Shown: positions 11,613-26,083, counted from the whole stretch's first letter. The stretch: DNA of 63,499 nucleotides, filler included, from Octopus bimaculoides (GCF_001194135.2; 5 parts of 4 records of this genome joined end to end with filler, not necessarily neighbours in it); one strand, 5' to 3'. Numbers and translations are program-made. Notes: generated by a model not told the origin, from the letters alone.

Positions 11613-13007
11613 TCACATTCACACATATATATATATATCTATATATATCATGTGTATAATATATAGGATATATAATATATATAATATAATATAAATACAT
11701 AAACGCTCACACATATATAATGAAGGGTGCCTGTTTAACTTTGAAATATGTGTGTGTGTGTGTATACATGCGTATATACATATATATGGGATGAATTCGT
11801 TTATAGAAAAAATACATTGTAACGAGAGTTTATGTCTAATTAATTAGCTAATTAAATAAACAATCATCAATCATCAGACAATTCACGGTGGCAGACGACC
11901 ATTGAGAAAGCATTATGAAGTTAAGAAGAGTGACTAAAGTGGGGAAGCGGGGCAGAAAAAAAAGAAAAATAAAGAAAAGGAAAAAAGAATGAAAACATCA
12001 TAAAGGTGGGAGGAGGGGGAGAGAAGAGTAAGCAGTGGGTGGGGATGCAAATAAATATAAATTAGACAAACATTAAAATTTAAATTGCAAACTAAATGAA
12101 ATGAGTGACTTACAGATTGTAATTGACGTGAAAAGTATTCAGTTTAAAAAATATATACACGTAGATTCATACATATATATACGTATACATACATGCAGAG
12201 GACATATATATATGTACACTTATTAATTGAATCACCGCATACGGGGTGGAGACAGGTATTTCTGAGAAGAGGAGAAAAATATGATCAGTTATATATATTG
12301 AGAGGTGAAGGATGTATGTGAAGGGAGTGTTAAAGTTACGTTTGAAACCTGATTTTAGACCCATGGTAATAAATTACGTCTTTTTTTTTAGCATGTACTT
12401 ATCGTAGTGGCGACGCTTGTTAAAACCTCAGGTCTTGCTTTTAGATACTTTGTAGAACCAGCTCTTACTTTAAGCAGTTACTGTAAAAATATAAATGGAA
12501 TTTACTATCACCATTTACCCATTCTTCACATCGAACTTTCATTTATTACATAGCTGATTTGGTTTTTACATTTCTGTTTTGAGCTTCCTGAATCCTCCAT
12601 ACGCAATGGGTTACGTAATGATTACACTTATAGGTTAAAGAATGCTGGGACGGAGTAGGAGAGAAATTATATACCTCTAATGAGCGAAAGGATTGCAGAA
12701 AAATGCGCGTTTTTGTTACATGTGTGCATGTACAAATATTTAGATACTGCATTCATTCCTGATTTCGACAGTGTCGTCACGGTATCCGCAAGCAATTATA
12801 GCCAATGACAATAGAAATCATATACGGTGCTTACTTTATTACAGATGTAATCTAGATATTCCAGGATCACAAGTAGTGCTCTTCTTTGTATCACTGGATT
12901 CATTGCTGCTCATGAAAGAGTTACACTGAGCTGTAGGACTTTTGATCAAGCGATAGCAATACTCAAACACGAGTTTGCAGCCATCATGCATACAAGCATT
13001 ATGTATG

Positions 13008-13041
<34 letters not shown>

Positions 13042-13643
13042 CGTAAGTATGTATGTATGTATGCATGTACACATACATACATACGTGTGTGTGTGTACAG
13101 CCTCCGGTTATCAAATTCACTCAAAAGTACACAAGACATTGATCAGACCGGTACTAAAATGAAAAAAAGACACTAGGCCAAGATGGCGCACGGTGGAATT
13201 GAGCCTGAAGCGATGTGGATGCAAAACGATCTTAATCACACAGCCATACAAGCGCCCACGCTTCTTTGTATTCACAGTTCCGTTCATCGAATAAACGGAG
13301 TTTTTATCGCCGAGCATCCAGCGGTAGAATAACTCATATATATATATTTGTAATTGCAACGAGAGTTTATGGCGGACATGACATGTCTCTATGACAAAGT
13401 ACTTTCGTATTCACGCATATTTCAGACCATATTTGAGAGGAATTCGACTGTAGTTTGACATTTTGTGACGACATCTATTTCTTATGTTGTTTACCATTCT
13501 GAATCTTACGTCACGACGAAGCTTTCATTTCCTTTTCATTGTATATTAATATGATTATGTTTGATAGTTATCTGAGTATATACGAAACTGGAAAAGCATA
13601 TTGCTTATACGCACACAAATATAGGCATAAATACATACGAAAC

Positions 13644-13710
13644 AACACATAGATTAAGACACACATAGATAAAGACAACACATAGATTAAGACAACACAT
13701 AGATTAAGAC
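13644..13710. repeat. Minisatellite, 4 x 16-17 bp (A)ACACATAGATTAAGAC
   Basis: Directly visible. Confidence 0.88.
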
Positions 13711-13770
13711 ACACACAGACAAACACAAACGCGTGCACACGCATGCACACATATCTATATATGTATTTGC

Positions 13771-13816
<46 letters not shown>

Positions 13817-14939
13817 GCATATATATATCTATCNNNNNNNNNNNNNNNNNNNNNNNNNNNNNNNNNNNNNNNNNNNNNNNNNNNNNNNNNNNNNNNNNNN
13901 NNNNNNNNNNNNNNNNNNNNNNNNNNNNNNNNNNNNNNNNNNNNNNNNNNNNNNNNNNNNNNNNNNNNNNNNNNNNNNNNNNNNNNNNNNNNNNNNNNNN
14001 NNNNNNNNNNNNNNNNNNNNNNNNNNNNNNNNNNNNNNNNNNNNNNNNNNNNNNNNNNNNNNNNNNNNNNNNNNNNNNNNNNNNNNNNNNNNNNNNNNNN
14101 NNNNNNNNNNNNNNNNNNNNNNNNNNNNNNNNNNNNNNNNNNNNNNNNNNNNNNNNNNNNNNNNNNNNNNNNNNNNNNNNNNNNNNNNNNNNNNNNNNNN
14201 NNNNNNNNNNNNNNNNNNNNNNNNNNNNNNNNNNNNNNNNNNNNNNNNNNNNNNNNNNNNNNNNNNNNNNNNNNNNNNNNNNNNNNNNNNNNNNNNNNNN
14301 NNNNNNNNNNNNNNNNNNNNNNNNNNNNNNNNNNNNNNNNNNNNNNNNNNNNNNNNNNNNNNNNNNNNNNNNNNNNNNNNNNNNNNNNNNNNNNNNNNNN
14401 NNNNNNNNNNNNNNNNNNNNNNNNNNNNNNNNNNNNNNNNNNNNNNNNNNNNNNNNNNNNNNNNNNNNNNNNNNNNNNNNNNNTATATATATGTATATAA
14501 TATAATATAATATAATATATATATGTATACACGCACGCTTGTGCTGTGATAATTTGTTCAGATTTAATTAAGAATCCGAGGGGACAGTAACACCTTCTTC
14601 TCACATCTCGTTTAGGTCCTTACATTTATTACTTACCACCACCACCACCACCACACCACCCCTAACATTGCCAACATCACCATCACCATCATCATCATCA
14701 TCATCATCATCGTCGTCGTCGTCGTCGTCGTCGTAATCATCATTATCGTCACCATCATCCTACGTCTCTTTCCATTTACATGCCTTTCCTATCTGTTTAC
14801 CATCTTTCAGCCTATCCAGGTGTCGTTACACCCACATTTTTTATTTCATTTTATTTTATTTTTATTTTCATCTTCCTTTTTTTTTTGTTCTTTCTTATCA
14901 TTTCTAGTTTTAGTTACACCCGTTTCGTTATTACTTCAC

Positions 14940-14992
<53 letters not shown>

Positions 14993-15201
14993 ACACTTGG
15001 CTAATTGGGAAATAAGGTGGATTAAGATAAATATCTTAAGGAGGTTGTGGCGAACTGGACTATCCATCACGCACACGCACACACGCATAAACGCACACAA
15101 ACACACACACTTTCACTTCCCACTCACGCAAACAATCAACCCACCCACATACACACACTCACACGCACACATCTATAGACACTCGTACATATATAAGTAT
15201 A

Positions 15202-15244
<43 letters not shown>

Positions 15245-15311
15245 GTATGTATCTATCTATATATATGTGAGTGTGTCTGTGTATGTATGTGTGTGTATAT
15301 AGATATATATG

Positions 15312-15345
<34 letters not shown>

Positions 15346-16219
15346 TATTATTTTGTTTAAAAGAGTTCCAACACTGTCTGTTTTTTATGTTTTATTTATA
15401 TTCCTGCAGAACCAATGTGGGGTATAGAATATGGAATATACAATATATAATATAATATACAATATTTAATATAAAATAAAATAAAATAAAAATGGATGGC
15501 ACCATGAAAGAAAGTATTGAATGTAGATGAAATATTGAGTGTTCAATATAAAGGATCAAATATATAAATATATATNNNNNNNNNNNNNNNNNNNNNNNNN
15601 NNNNNNNNNNNNNNNNNNNNNNNNNNNNNNNNNNNNNNNNNNNNNNNNNNNNNNNNNNNNNNNNNNNNNNNNNNNNNNNNNNNNNNNNNNNNNNNNNNNN
15701 NNNNNNNNNNNNNNNNNNNNNNNNNNNNNNNNNNNNNNNNNNNNNNNNNNNNNNNNNNNNNNNNNNNNNNNNNNNNNNNNNNNNNNNNNNNNNNNNNNNN
15801 NNNNNNNNNNNNNNNNNNNNNNNNNNNNNNNNNNNNNNNNNNNNNNNNNNNNNNNNNNNNNNNNNNNNNNNNNNNNNNNNNNNNNNNNNNNNNNNNNNNN
15901 NNNNNNNNNNNNNNNNNNNNNNNNNNNNNNNNNNNNNNNNNNNNNNNNNNNNNNNNNNNNNNNNNNNNNNNNNNNNNNNNNNNNNNNNNNNNNNNNNNNN
16001 NNNNNNNNNNNNNNNNNNNNNNNNNNNNNNNNNNNNNNNNNNNNNNNNNNNNNNNNNNNNNNNNNNNNNNNNNNNNNNNNNNNNNNNNNNNNNNNNNNNN
16101 NNNNNNNNNNNNNNNNNNNNNNNNNNNNNNNNNNNNNNNNNNNNNNNNNGAGTTATGGGGAAACTAATATATACTACAGCAATGTTATTGCGTTATCTAC
16201 GCCAATATATATGTACGTA

Positions 16220-16650
16220 GGCAGCGAGCTGGCAGAAAGGTTAGCACGCCGGGCGAAATGCTTAGCGGTATTTCGCCTGCTGCTACGTTCTGAGTTCAAA
16301 TTCCACCGAGGTTGACTTTACCGTTTGATCCTTTAGGGGTCGATAAATTAAGCACCAGTTACGCACTAGGGTCGATAAAATCGATTTAATCCGTTTGTCT
16401 GTCCTTGTTTGTCCCCTCTGTGTTTAGCCCCTTGTGGGCAATAAAGAAATAAGAAACGTTAGCACGCCGGGTGAAATGTTCAGCGGTATTTCGCCTGTCT
16501 TTACGTTCTGAGTTCAAATTCCGCCGGAGTCCACTTTGCCTTTCATCCTTTCGAGGGTTGATTAATTAAGTACCAGTAGGGTACTGGTGTCGATCTAATC
16601 GACTGGCTCCGCCTCCCCCAAAATTTCTGGCCTTGTGCCTAGAGTAGGAA
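16220..16650 (+). mobile_element. Dimeric SINE family A (16220-16453 plus head-truncated monomer 16454-16650)
   Basis: Head and central block occur twice in tandem with two different tails. Confidence 0.9.
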
Positions 16651-16702
16651 ACAATATATATATGCGTGCGTGTGTGCTTTTGTGTTTTCGTGCGTGCCTC
16701 TG

Positions 16703-16751
<49 letters not shown>

Positions 16752-17331
16752 NNNNNNNNNNNNNNNNNNNNNNNNNNNNNNNNNNNNNNNNNNNNNNNNN
16801 NNNNNNNNNNNNNNNNNNNNNNNNNNNNNNNNNNNNNNNNNNNNNNNNNNNNNNNNNNNNNNNNNNNNNNNNNNNNNNNNNNNNNNNNNNNNNNNNNNNN
16901 NNNNNNNNNNNNNNNNNNNNNNNNNNNNNNNNNNNNNNNNNNNNNNNNNNNNNNNNNNNNNNNNNNNNNNNNNNNNNNNNNNNNNNNNNNNNNNNNNNNN
17001 NNNNNNNNNNNNNNNNNNNNNNNNNNNNNNNNNNNNNNNNNNNNNNNNNNNNNNNNNNNNNNNNNNNNNNNNNNNNNNNNNNNNNNNNNNNNNNNNNNNN
17101 NNNNNNNNNNNNNNNNNNNNNNNNNNNNNNNNNNNNNNNNNNNNNNNNNNNNNNNNNNNNNNNNNNNNNNNNNNNNNNNNNNNNNNNNNNNNNNNNNNNN
17201 NNNNNNNNNNNNNNNNNNNNNNNNNNNNNNNNNNNNNNNNNNNNNNNNNNNNNNNNNNNNNNNNNNNNNNNNNNNNNNNNNNNNNNNNNNNNNNNNNNNN
17301 NNNNNNNNNNNNNNNNNNNNNNNNNNNNNNN

Positions 17332-17370
<39 letters not shown>

Positions 17371-17379
17371 ACGATGAGT

Positions 17380-17493
17380 TTCTTTCAGTTTCCTTCGTAA
17401 AACACAGTTGCCGAATCTGCTACGCCATAGGACTGAATCCGAACCCACGTGGTCCGGAATCATACTCCTTACCATTCAGTTACACCTGCGTCC
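17380..17493 (-). mobile_element. Degenerate SINE D-like head
   Basis: Reverse complement GGACGCAGGTG..GGTAAGGAG..CCACGTGGGTTCGGATTCAGTCC. Confidence 0.5.
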
Positions 17494-17962
17494 TGATTAA
17501 AGCAGCATAAACTCGAAACTCCCTCCAACCCATTCACATTTTAATTCTGTCCCTCCCCTACTTTCTGTTTCCTACGGACGCAAAGCGATAAGCATCTCAT
17601 CTTTTCTGTCTCTCTCATGCTATTTCTTCTACTGCCACTCTCTCACTCTCTATTTATCTTCTAACTATTTCATACGTACACATTATCTCGTTAACAAGAC
17701 AGCGAATAAATACGATTTGATAATTGTTATATGTTGTTTGTTCGAAATTAAATACTAAATTGAAGCTGTCACAGCTGTTACTTGCTATCTAATAATCCCA
17801 CCCGAATGCTAGGAATAACTTTTATGTGAAAGTATTTGGCTCAATCATTAAGATATTAGACTGTTACCTTCGTACACAGACACAGATATTGCTAAACTCT
17901 TGTGTGTTATCTCCGCCGTATTAAAGTATTTCGTTCCATATACGTAGCGTGAGCATATGATG

Positions 17963-18197
17963 TTTATTTCTTCATTACACACAGGGGTGATAAACATAGA
18001 GGGGACAAACAGAGACAGACAAAAGGATTAAGTCGATTACATCGAACCCCAGTGCGTAACTGGTACTTATTTAATCGACCCCAAAAGGATGAAAGGCAAA
18101 ATCCACTTCGGTGGCATTTGAACTCAGAACGTAACAGCAGGCGAAATATCGCTAAGCATTTCGCCCGGCGTGCTAACGATTCTGCCAGCTCGCCGCC
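17963..18197 (-). mobile_element. SINE family A, full monomer
   Basis: Reverse complement begins GGCGGCGAGCTGGCAGAATCGTTAGCACGCCGGG; collinear with 16220. Confidence 0.92.
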
Positions 18198-18218
18198 CTG
18201 AAAGTATTCTTTTCTACC

Positions 18219-18273
18219 CTGATGAAGGCTGGAGGGTATACCCATACTCGGGGATACCCCAGAAACAGCTGTA
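18219..18273 (+). ncRNA. Degenerate hammerhead-like motif
   Basis: CTGATGA-A-GGCTGG..CCA-GAAAC-AGCT-GTA; palindromic stem III ACAGCTGT; stem II base and stem I imperfect. Confidence 0.45.
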
Positions 18274-19227
18274 AGATTTTGAATTTCTTCCTATAATAAT
18301 ATTGTATATGACTTGAGATGTTTGCCTTGCCTTAATATTTGACGTCCTGTTTAACAATTATATATCCGCTGCATCGGAAATCTGCAAAGGCTCCATAACT
18401 ACTGTCTCGGCTATAAACTTGGAACACCAGTAATATATGTGAGTGTGTACATGTGTGTGTGTGCGTGTGTGCGGCGCGCGTGCGTATATATGTCTATTTA
18501 AAGCAGGGAAATAACCAAGCGGAAAAGCTCTTATATCTCATGTTCTATAATGCTGTGGCCATTTCATTGCGTTCTGCGAACTCAATTCATTTTACGTGCT
18601 TTAATTGACGGGTCAAGGCACCAAGACTAGAAAGGCGGTCAATAGCCCAAACTATTAACCCTTCTCTCTCAATTTAAACCCAGTCGTAGCTACAATGTAT
18701 TCTTGTAGCCTATTTTACTGGTTTAAGCGCGCCGAGAGCATTGATTGACGAATAACGAAACCTCAGTACCAGCGCCACCATTCGAACTGTCCTTTCGTTA
18801 ATAGTAACAAAGTTTGTTATAACGACCTGTCTGTAACTTTATCGCTGACACGGTATCACGTCGTTAAGAAATTAATCCCTTATATCAGGTGTTTACAGCG
18901 AATATCGGGTGATAAGAACAGGAAAGACTACGTTTGTTCTAGTTTTGATAAGCATCCTCTGTCAAACAGAGAGGAACGTGTGACACAGAGCGGTTCAGAG
19001 CGACGACAAAAGAGACACAGACGATAGTAATTCAATAAAGTATATGATATCGATATACTAAGGAATGTTTGCAACCATATGGTCCTCAAGAAGAGAGGCA
19101 GCTAACTATTGACCTCAAAACCGCCATCACCACCGCAGTCATTGCACTGCCGCAACTGTCTCCTGACGTAGCCACTAGCAGTATCACCAACATGTTTCCG
19201 GTATATTCACAAATAAACTTTGTATGT

Positions 19228-19605
19228 GGAGGCGCAATGGCCCAGTGGTTAGGGAAGCGGACTCGCGGTCATAGGATCGCAGTTTCGATTCCCAGACCGG
19301 GCGTTGTGAGTGTTTATTGAGCGAAAACACCTAAAGCTCCACGAGGCTCCGGCAGGTGAACCCTGCTGTACTCTTTCACCACAACTTTCTCTCACTCTTT
19401 CTTCCTGTTTCTGTTGTGCCTGTAATTCAAAGGGTCAGCCTTGTCACAATCTGTGTCACGCTGAATATCCCCGAGAACTACGTTAAGGGTACACGTGTCT
19501 GTGGAGTGCTCAGCCACTTGCACGTTAATTTCACGTGCAGACTGTTCCGTTGATTGGATCAACTGGAACCCTCGATGTCGTAAGCGACGGAATGCCAACA
19601 ACAAA
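19228..19605 (+). mobile_element. SINE family B, full length
   Basis: A-box TGGCCCAGTGG, B-box-like GTTTCGATTCC, (AAC)n tail. Confidence 0.95.
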
Positions 19606-20029
19606 TGTGTGTGTGTGTGTGTGTGTGTCTGTGTGTATATGTGTGTGTGTGTATGTGTGTGTATATATGTGTNNNNNNNNNNGTAAGCGACGGAATGCCA
19701 ACAACAAATGTGTGTGTGTGTGTGTGTGTGTGTCTGTGTGTATATGTGTGTGTGTGTATGTGTGTGTATATATGTGTGTGTGTGTATGTATGTGTGTGTG
19801 TGTGTGTGTTTCGTTTTGGGATTTCGTTTGCAAGATTCTTTATGTGAGTTCGTGTGTTGAAGCATGTTTGCTCGGCCCGGAGCTATGGTAAAACGCAGTT
19901 ACCCACGTTACCGCGCAGTGGGACCAAAGCCGAAACAACGTCGCTACAAAGAAAGCTCTGTTATTATTGCTGTTATCGTTACAATTATTGTTACAACAGC
20001 AAAGCACACGAAAACGAACGCTTAAAAGC

Positions 20030-20066
<37 letters not shown>

Positions 20067-20938
20067 CAAAAAGAAGAAAGGAATAAAAAAGAAAGAAGAA
20101 AACGGATTAGAAAAAGAAAGAAAAATAAACTCAATTACATAGTCTCTTTAACGCCAACACTAGAACCCATCACGTCACTTCCTGTGAAGAATTGCTCGAG
20201 CGGTGGAACCAACCTTTCCAAAATATGGAAGTTTGTATAGTATTGTTATCGTTTTCGGTTACAATATGAGCTTATCCAAAGTCTGTATGACTACTTATTT
20301 AATAACATCCGTAAACAATATATCGCAAAATGATTACAAACGACAGAATAGGGTTCTTTCGTAGCGTCAATTGTTAACTATCATTGAATATCCGTTTATT
20401 ATGATCCAATTTCACCAATGACTAGTTAAATATCGAGATCCCGATAATAGAGGACGTATTTCATGTATGGCAGAAAATGAAATTAGTGTGGTATATTATG
20501 TAACATGAAAGTATCAGAGATATTGATATATTTTGTACTTGTGTGTGTGCGTGCATGTATATATGTTTGTAAATATATATATATATATATATANNNNNNN
20601 NNNNNNNNNNNNNNNNNNNNNNNNNNNNNNNNNNNNNNNNNNNNNNNNNNNNNNNNNNNNNNNNNNNNNNNNNNNNNNNNNNNNNNNNNNNNNNNNNNNN
20701 NNNNNNNNNNNNNNNNNNNNNNNNNNNNNNNNNNNNNNNNNNNNNNNNNNNNNNNNNNNNNNNNNNNNNNNNNNNNNNNNNNNNNNNNNNNNNNNNNNNN
20801 NNNNNNNNNNNNNNNNNNNNNNNNNNNNNNNNNNNNNNNNNNNNNNNNNNNNNNNNNNNNNNNNNNNNNNNNNNNNNNNNNNNNNNNNNNNNNNNNNNNN
20901 NNNNNNNNNNNNNNNNNNNNNNNNNNNNNNNNNNNNNN

Positions 20939-20982
<44 letters not shown>

Positions 20983-21105
20983 TACATATATATATATTAT
21001 ATATGTATATATATGTATGCTATGTATATGTACTTATGAATATGTATATATACACACACACATGCGCACACGCAGGTAGGTACACACGTACTCACACACA
21101 CTCAC

Positions 21106-21139
<34 letters not shown>

Positions 21140-21733
21140 GTGCGCGCGCTCGCTCACAGTGTTCCCTCTATATTTATCTCTACATTGGCAATTCACGCAT
21201 AAATGTCTGCCTATGAATGAATCAACGGCCGAATGAATGCATGTAAATATAAACGAAGGAGACAGCACTAGAATTTTCGGAATAACATTGGCCTAATGAT
21301 ATAGCATGTATTTGTCAAAACAAAGTATTTGAATAAGTTCTTATGAACAACAACCTTTTATTGTCCGCCGTTACTGATATTCAGATAAAACACCTTTATC
21401 GCACCCGTCTAATAGAAAATATATCAGCAACTGGTCCTGCTTTGAACTAAATGTAGATACGGTTCCTTTCAATAATGTCACACAGAAAGCCATTGTTCCC
21501 ACATTCTCTCTCTCTCTTTTAACATAGATTCCTTTTCATCCGAATGTAAGATGAGAATTTCGTCATTTTGCCGGAATAGCTGTTGTGTAATAGTTAAGCG
21601 AAAATGTATAGTTACGACGGGAAAGTGTGTATGTTGTATCATGCTCGTTTTCACTTCTTTTCTCCACACACACACACACACACACACACCCACACTCACT
21701 CTCTCTCTTCATATATATATGTGTGTGTGTATG

Positions 21734-21790
<57 letters not shown>

Positions 21791-22232
21791 ATATATATAT
21801 GCATTTATAAACATACGCATCTCTGAATAACAAAATGACGTATATTTATATATGTATGTGTACATACATAAGTTTGTACCTACCTACCTACCTACCTACC
21901 TACTTACCTATCTACTTACCTACCTACCTGCATACATATATACATACATATATACATACACACATGCATGCATACATATATACATATATACATACATACA
22001 TGTACATACATACATACATACATATATGTACATATTTACGAGGGAAAGACAGAAATGAAAAGAAGCCTTACCAATAGATGTATTCATCTATCTATCTATC
22101 TATGTATCTATCTATCTATCTATCCATATATCCATCTTTCTATCTATCTGTCTAACTATCTATCTATTTATCTATTTGTGTGTCTGTTTGTCTATCTATC
22201 CCTTCTCTCTCACTCTCTCTCATATATATATA

Positions 22233-22332
22233 NNNNNNNNNNNNNNNNNNNNNNNNNNNNNNNNNNNNNNNNNNNNTTAATTAATTAANNNNNNNNNNNN
22301 NNNNNNNNNNNNNNNNNNNNNNNNNNNNNNNN
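22233..22332. other. Scaffold-joining linker (44 N + TTAATTAATTAA + 44 N)
   Basis: Identical 100-bp structure four times; 12-mer has stops in all six frames. Confidence 0.95.
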
Positions 22333-22426
<94 letters not shown>

Positions 22427-22631
22427 ATACATATGTATTACGTAAGGGAATGAAGATGTGGAATCCGACCAAGTAACTTAGTTGCACTCTGGTCTAATCC
22501 AGGTTCTTGCTAACCGTATCAAATGATAGGCAACATATCGAGTTTGCTTCGTTGGATTTTATGCAGCACAGAGTATATAATCTGGACATCATAAAGACGG
22601 GTGGAGAATTATACACCACCAAAAACATGTT

Positions 22632-22851
22632 TATTACAGTATTATTCTCATTAAATTCACATTGGATTCCAATCCAACACGTGTTTCTGCTGCATATGTG
22701 TCCTGATGTCCTTCTATGTAGCATCTATGTGCATTTAGTTAGTTCAGCGGCAGTACATATTCCTCCAGGGTTGACATTCATGCGCATCTTCGTTCAAGGT
22801 TTCACCCAAGCAGATGGGTGAAGCGAATTTAATGAGAATAATACTATAATA
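22632..22851. repeat. Inverted-repeat pair, possible MITE
   Basis: 22632-22658 is the reverse complement of 22825-22851 with one mismatch. Confidence 0.6.
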
Positions 22852-22890
22852 CAAAAAGTTTTTAAGATGTATAATTCTTCTTGTTTACGA

Positions 22891-22947
<57 letters not shown>

Positions 22948-23935
22948 NNNNNNNNNNNNNNNNNNNNNNNNNNNNNNNNNNNNNNNNNNNNNNNNNNNNN
23001 NNNNNNNNNNNNNNNNNNNNNNNNNNNNNNNNNNNNNNNNNNNNNNNNNNNNNNNNNNNNNNNNNNNNNNNNNNNNNNNNNNNNNNNNNNNNNNNNNNNN
23101 NNNNNNNNNNNNNNNNNNNNNNNNNNNNNNNNNNNNNNNNNNNNNNNNNNNNNNNNNNNNNNNNNNNNNNNNNNNNNNNNNNNNNNNNNNNNNNNNNNNN
23201 NNNNNNNNNNNNNNNNNNNNNNNNNNNNNNNNNNNNNNNNNNNNNNNNNNNNNNNNNNNNNNNNNNNNNNNNNNNNNNNNNNNNNNNNNNNNNNNNNNNN
23301 NNNNNNNNNNNNNNNNNNNNNNNNNNNNNNNNNNNNNNNNNNNNNNNNNNNNNNNNNNNNNNNNNNNNNNNNNNNNNNNNNNNNNNNNNNNNNNNNNNNN
23401 NNNNNNNNNNNNNNNNNNNNNNNNNNNNNNNNNNNNNNNNNNNNNNNNNNNNNNNNNNNNNNNNNNNNNNNNNNNNNNNNNNNNNNNNNNNNNNNNNNNN
23501 NNNNNNNNNNNNNNNNNNNNNNNNNNNNNNNNNNNNNNNNNNNNNNNNNNNNNNNNNNNNNNNNNNNNNNNNNNNNNNNNNNNNNNNNNNNNNNNNNNNN
23601 NNNNNNNNNNNNNNNNNNNNNNNNNNNNNNNNNNNNNNNNNNNNNNNNNNNNNNNNNNNNNNNNNNNNNNNNNNNNNNNNNNNNNNNNNNNNNNNNNNNN
23701 NNNNNNNNNNNNNNNNNNNNNNNNNNNNNNNNNNNNNNNNNNNNNNNNNNNNNNNNNNNNNNNNNNNNNNNNNNNNNNNNNNNNNNNNNNNNNNNNNNNN
23801 NNNNNNNNNNNNNNNNNNNNNNNNNNNNNNNNNNNNNNNNNNNNNNNNNNNNNNNNNNNNNNNNNNNNNNNNNNNNNNNNNNNNNNNNNNNNNNNNNNNN
23901 NNNNNNNNNNNNNNNNNNNNNNNNNNNNNNNNNNN

Positions 23936-23966
<31 letters not shown>

Positions 23967-24342
23967 GTACGTACCTATGTATGAATATATATAAAGATAA
24001 ATATACAAATACATATGTATATATCTATTACGTAATCATATATATTCAACATTCAATACTGGATAAAGCTATAGAAAGAACATTGAATAAATTTACTTAA
24101 GTTTCTTGTTAACTGGATTACTATACAGTAATCTACAATGTGTTAATATCAGTACAGTCATGCACTCAAGCATGTGTGTCTGTGTATGTGTGTGTGGGTT
24201 TGTGTATATGCGTATGTGTGCGCGCGTGCGTGCATGTGTGTATCACGCATAGAGTACTACAAGATTACTTTGAATCTGCGCACGTATATTCACATGTACA
24301 TCCATACATGTATTCATACATACACACACACAGATATATGTT

Positions 24343-24376
<34 letters not shown>

Positions 24377-24986
24377 AATATATATGCGTGTGTGTATATC
24401 TGTATATATATATATTCATATATATATATATATATATANNNNNNNNNNNNNNNNNNNNNNNNNNNNNNNNNNNNNNNNNNNNNNNNNNNNNNNNNNNNNN
24501 NNNNNNNNNNNNNNNNNNNNNNNNNNNNNNNNNNNNNNNNNNNNNNNNNNNNNNNNNNNNNNNNNNNNNNNNNNNNNNNNNNNNNNNNNNNNNNNNNNNN
24601 NNNNNNNNNNNNNNNNNNNNNNNNNNNNNNNNNNNNNNNNNNNNNNNNNNNNNNNNNNNNNNNNNNNNNNNNNNNNNNNNNNNNNNNNNNNNNNNNNNNN
24701 NNNNNNNNNNNNNNNNNNNNNNNNNNNNNNNNNNNNNNNNNNNNNNNNNNNNNNNNNNNNNNNNNNNNNNNNNNNNNNNNNNNNNNNNNNNNNNNNNNNN
24801 NNNNNNNNNNNNNNNNNNNNNNNNNNNNNNNNNNNNNNNNNNNNNNNNNNNNNNNNNNNNNNNNNNNNNNNNNNNNNNNNNNNNNTATATATATATATGC
24901 ATATATATAGGTATGTATGTATGTATGTATATACATAGATATATATATATATGTAATATATATATATATACACATATATATATGCG

Positions 24987-25028
<42 letters not shown>

Positions 25029-26046
25029 AATGTATCTATATGTATATACATATATACGCACATAGATATGCACATGAAAACGCATATGTGCGGATCTAGA
25101 TGTGCGTGTGTATGTGTGTACAAATTTATAATTATATAATTTTAAGTATTTACAATTGTATATTTGTATATATTGAAATAGTTCTTAATGTACATAAGTA
25201 AAAATAATATATGATAGCATATATAGGGAGATAACAGTTCTATTTATAAAAATTATATTTACATACAACAAACGTTATATATATATAACATTATATATAT
25301 ATGTATATATACATATATTCATATTTATATACATATATGTACATATATATATATGTATATATATATATATATGTATAGACATGTATATATGTATATACAC
25401 ACATACACATGCATATGCATATGTATACACACAAATATATGTGTGCATGAATATTAGTGTGTTTGTTGTGATGTATGGCTGATCTTTAACTGCAAATGTG
25501 CGCTTACTGAGTAGACCTGTTATCTACTTCATAAATATATACACACAGACACACAAGCACTTATATATATATAAAGCATAACGTGTGTTTTTTTTATGTT
25601 TAATATGGCAGGATATGAGTTGAAGGTGTTTTAGTTGCTATATCAAGCATACCTTGAATTATCGGTTGAGACAGAGAGCGATGAATTAGATACGTACGCT
25701 CAGTAGAATGACTGATAAAATACCTTTAGGTTTTTATCTATGACCCTCTACGCTCTGGGTTTAAATCGTTAATTTTGAAGGTCACACTTTTCAGATCATT
25801 AAAATAAATACTTGGTGAGATCTAGAGGGGATATTGTCACAACCTGATGAGAAAATAAATAAAGAAGAATCATCGTTTATTGTGTATAATTTTAACTCGC
25901 CTACACAACAAAGAAATGACTGCATATTATGGAAAAGAGAGTGGAGACAGTGGGAGTCATTACACAAGCATAAACACATAGACATGAACATAAATACATA
26001 CATGTAACGGTGGTGCAGCAGCATGACCGCAGCTCTAAGCTGAAAC

Positions 26047-26083
<37 letters not shown>

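Noticed and set aside
13644-13710. CRISPR-like array (also 45695-45742)
   Set aside because: No spacers, eukaryotic context, no cas genes; ordinary minisatellites.
19580-19777. Apparent tandem duplication of a SINE tail plus TG tract
   Set aside because: The two copies sit either side of a 10-N gap, typical of an unmerged contig overlap.
22277-22288. TTAATTAATTAA (PacI-like) as a biological motif
   Set aside because: Always centred in 44 N + 44 N; an artificial linker.
22494-22821. Short ORFs as candidate exons (also 12839-13120 and 60081-60278)
   Set aside because: No recognisable motif or convincing splice pair in any frame.
25844-25850. CTGATGA as a hammerhead
   Set aside because: Isolated 7-mer with no paired stems.
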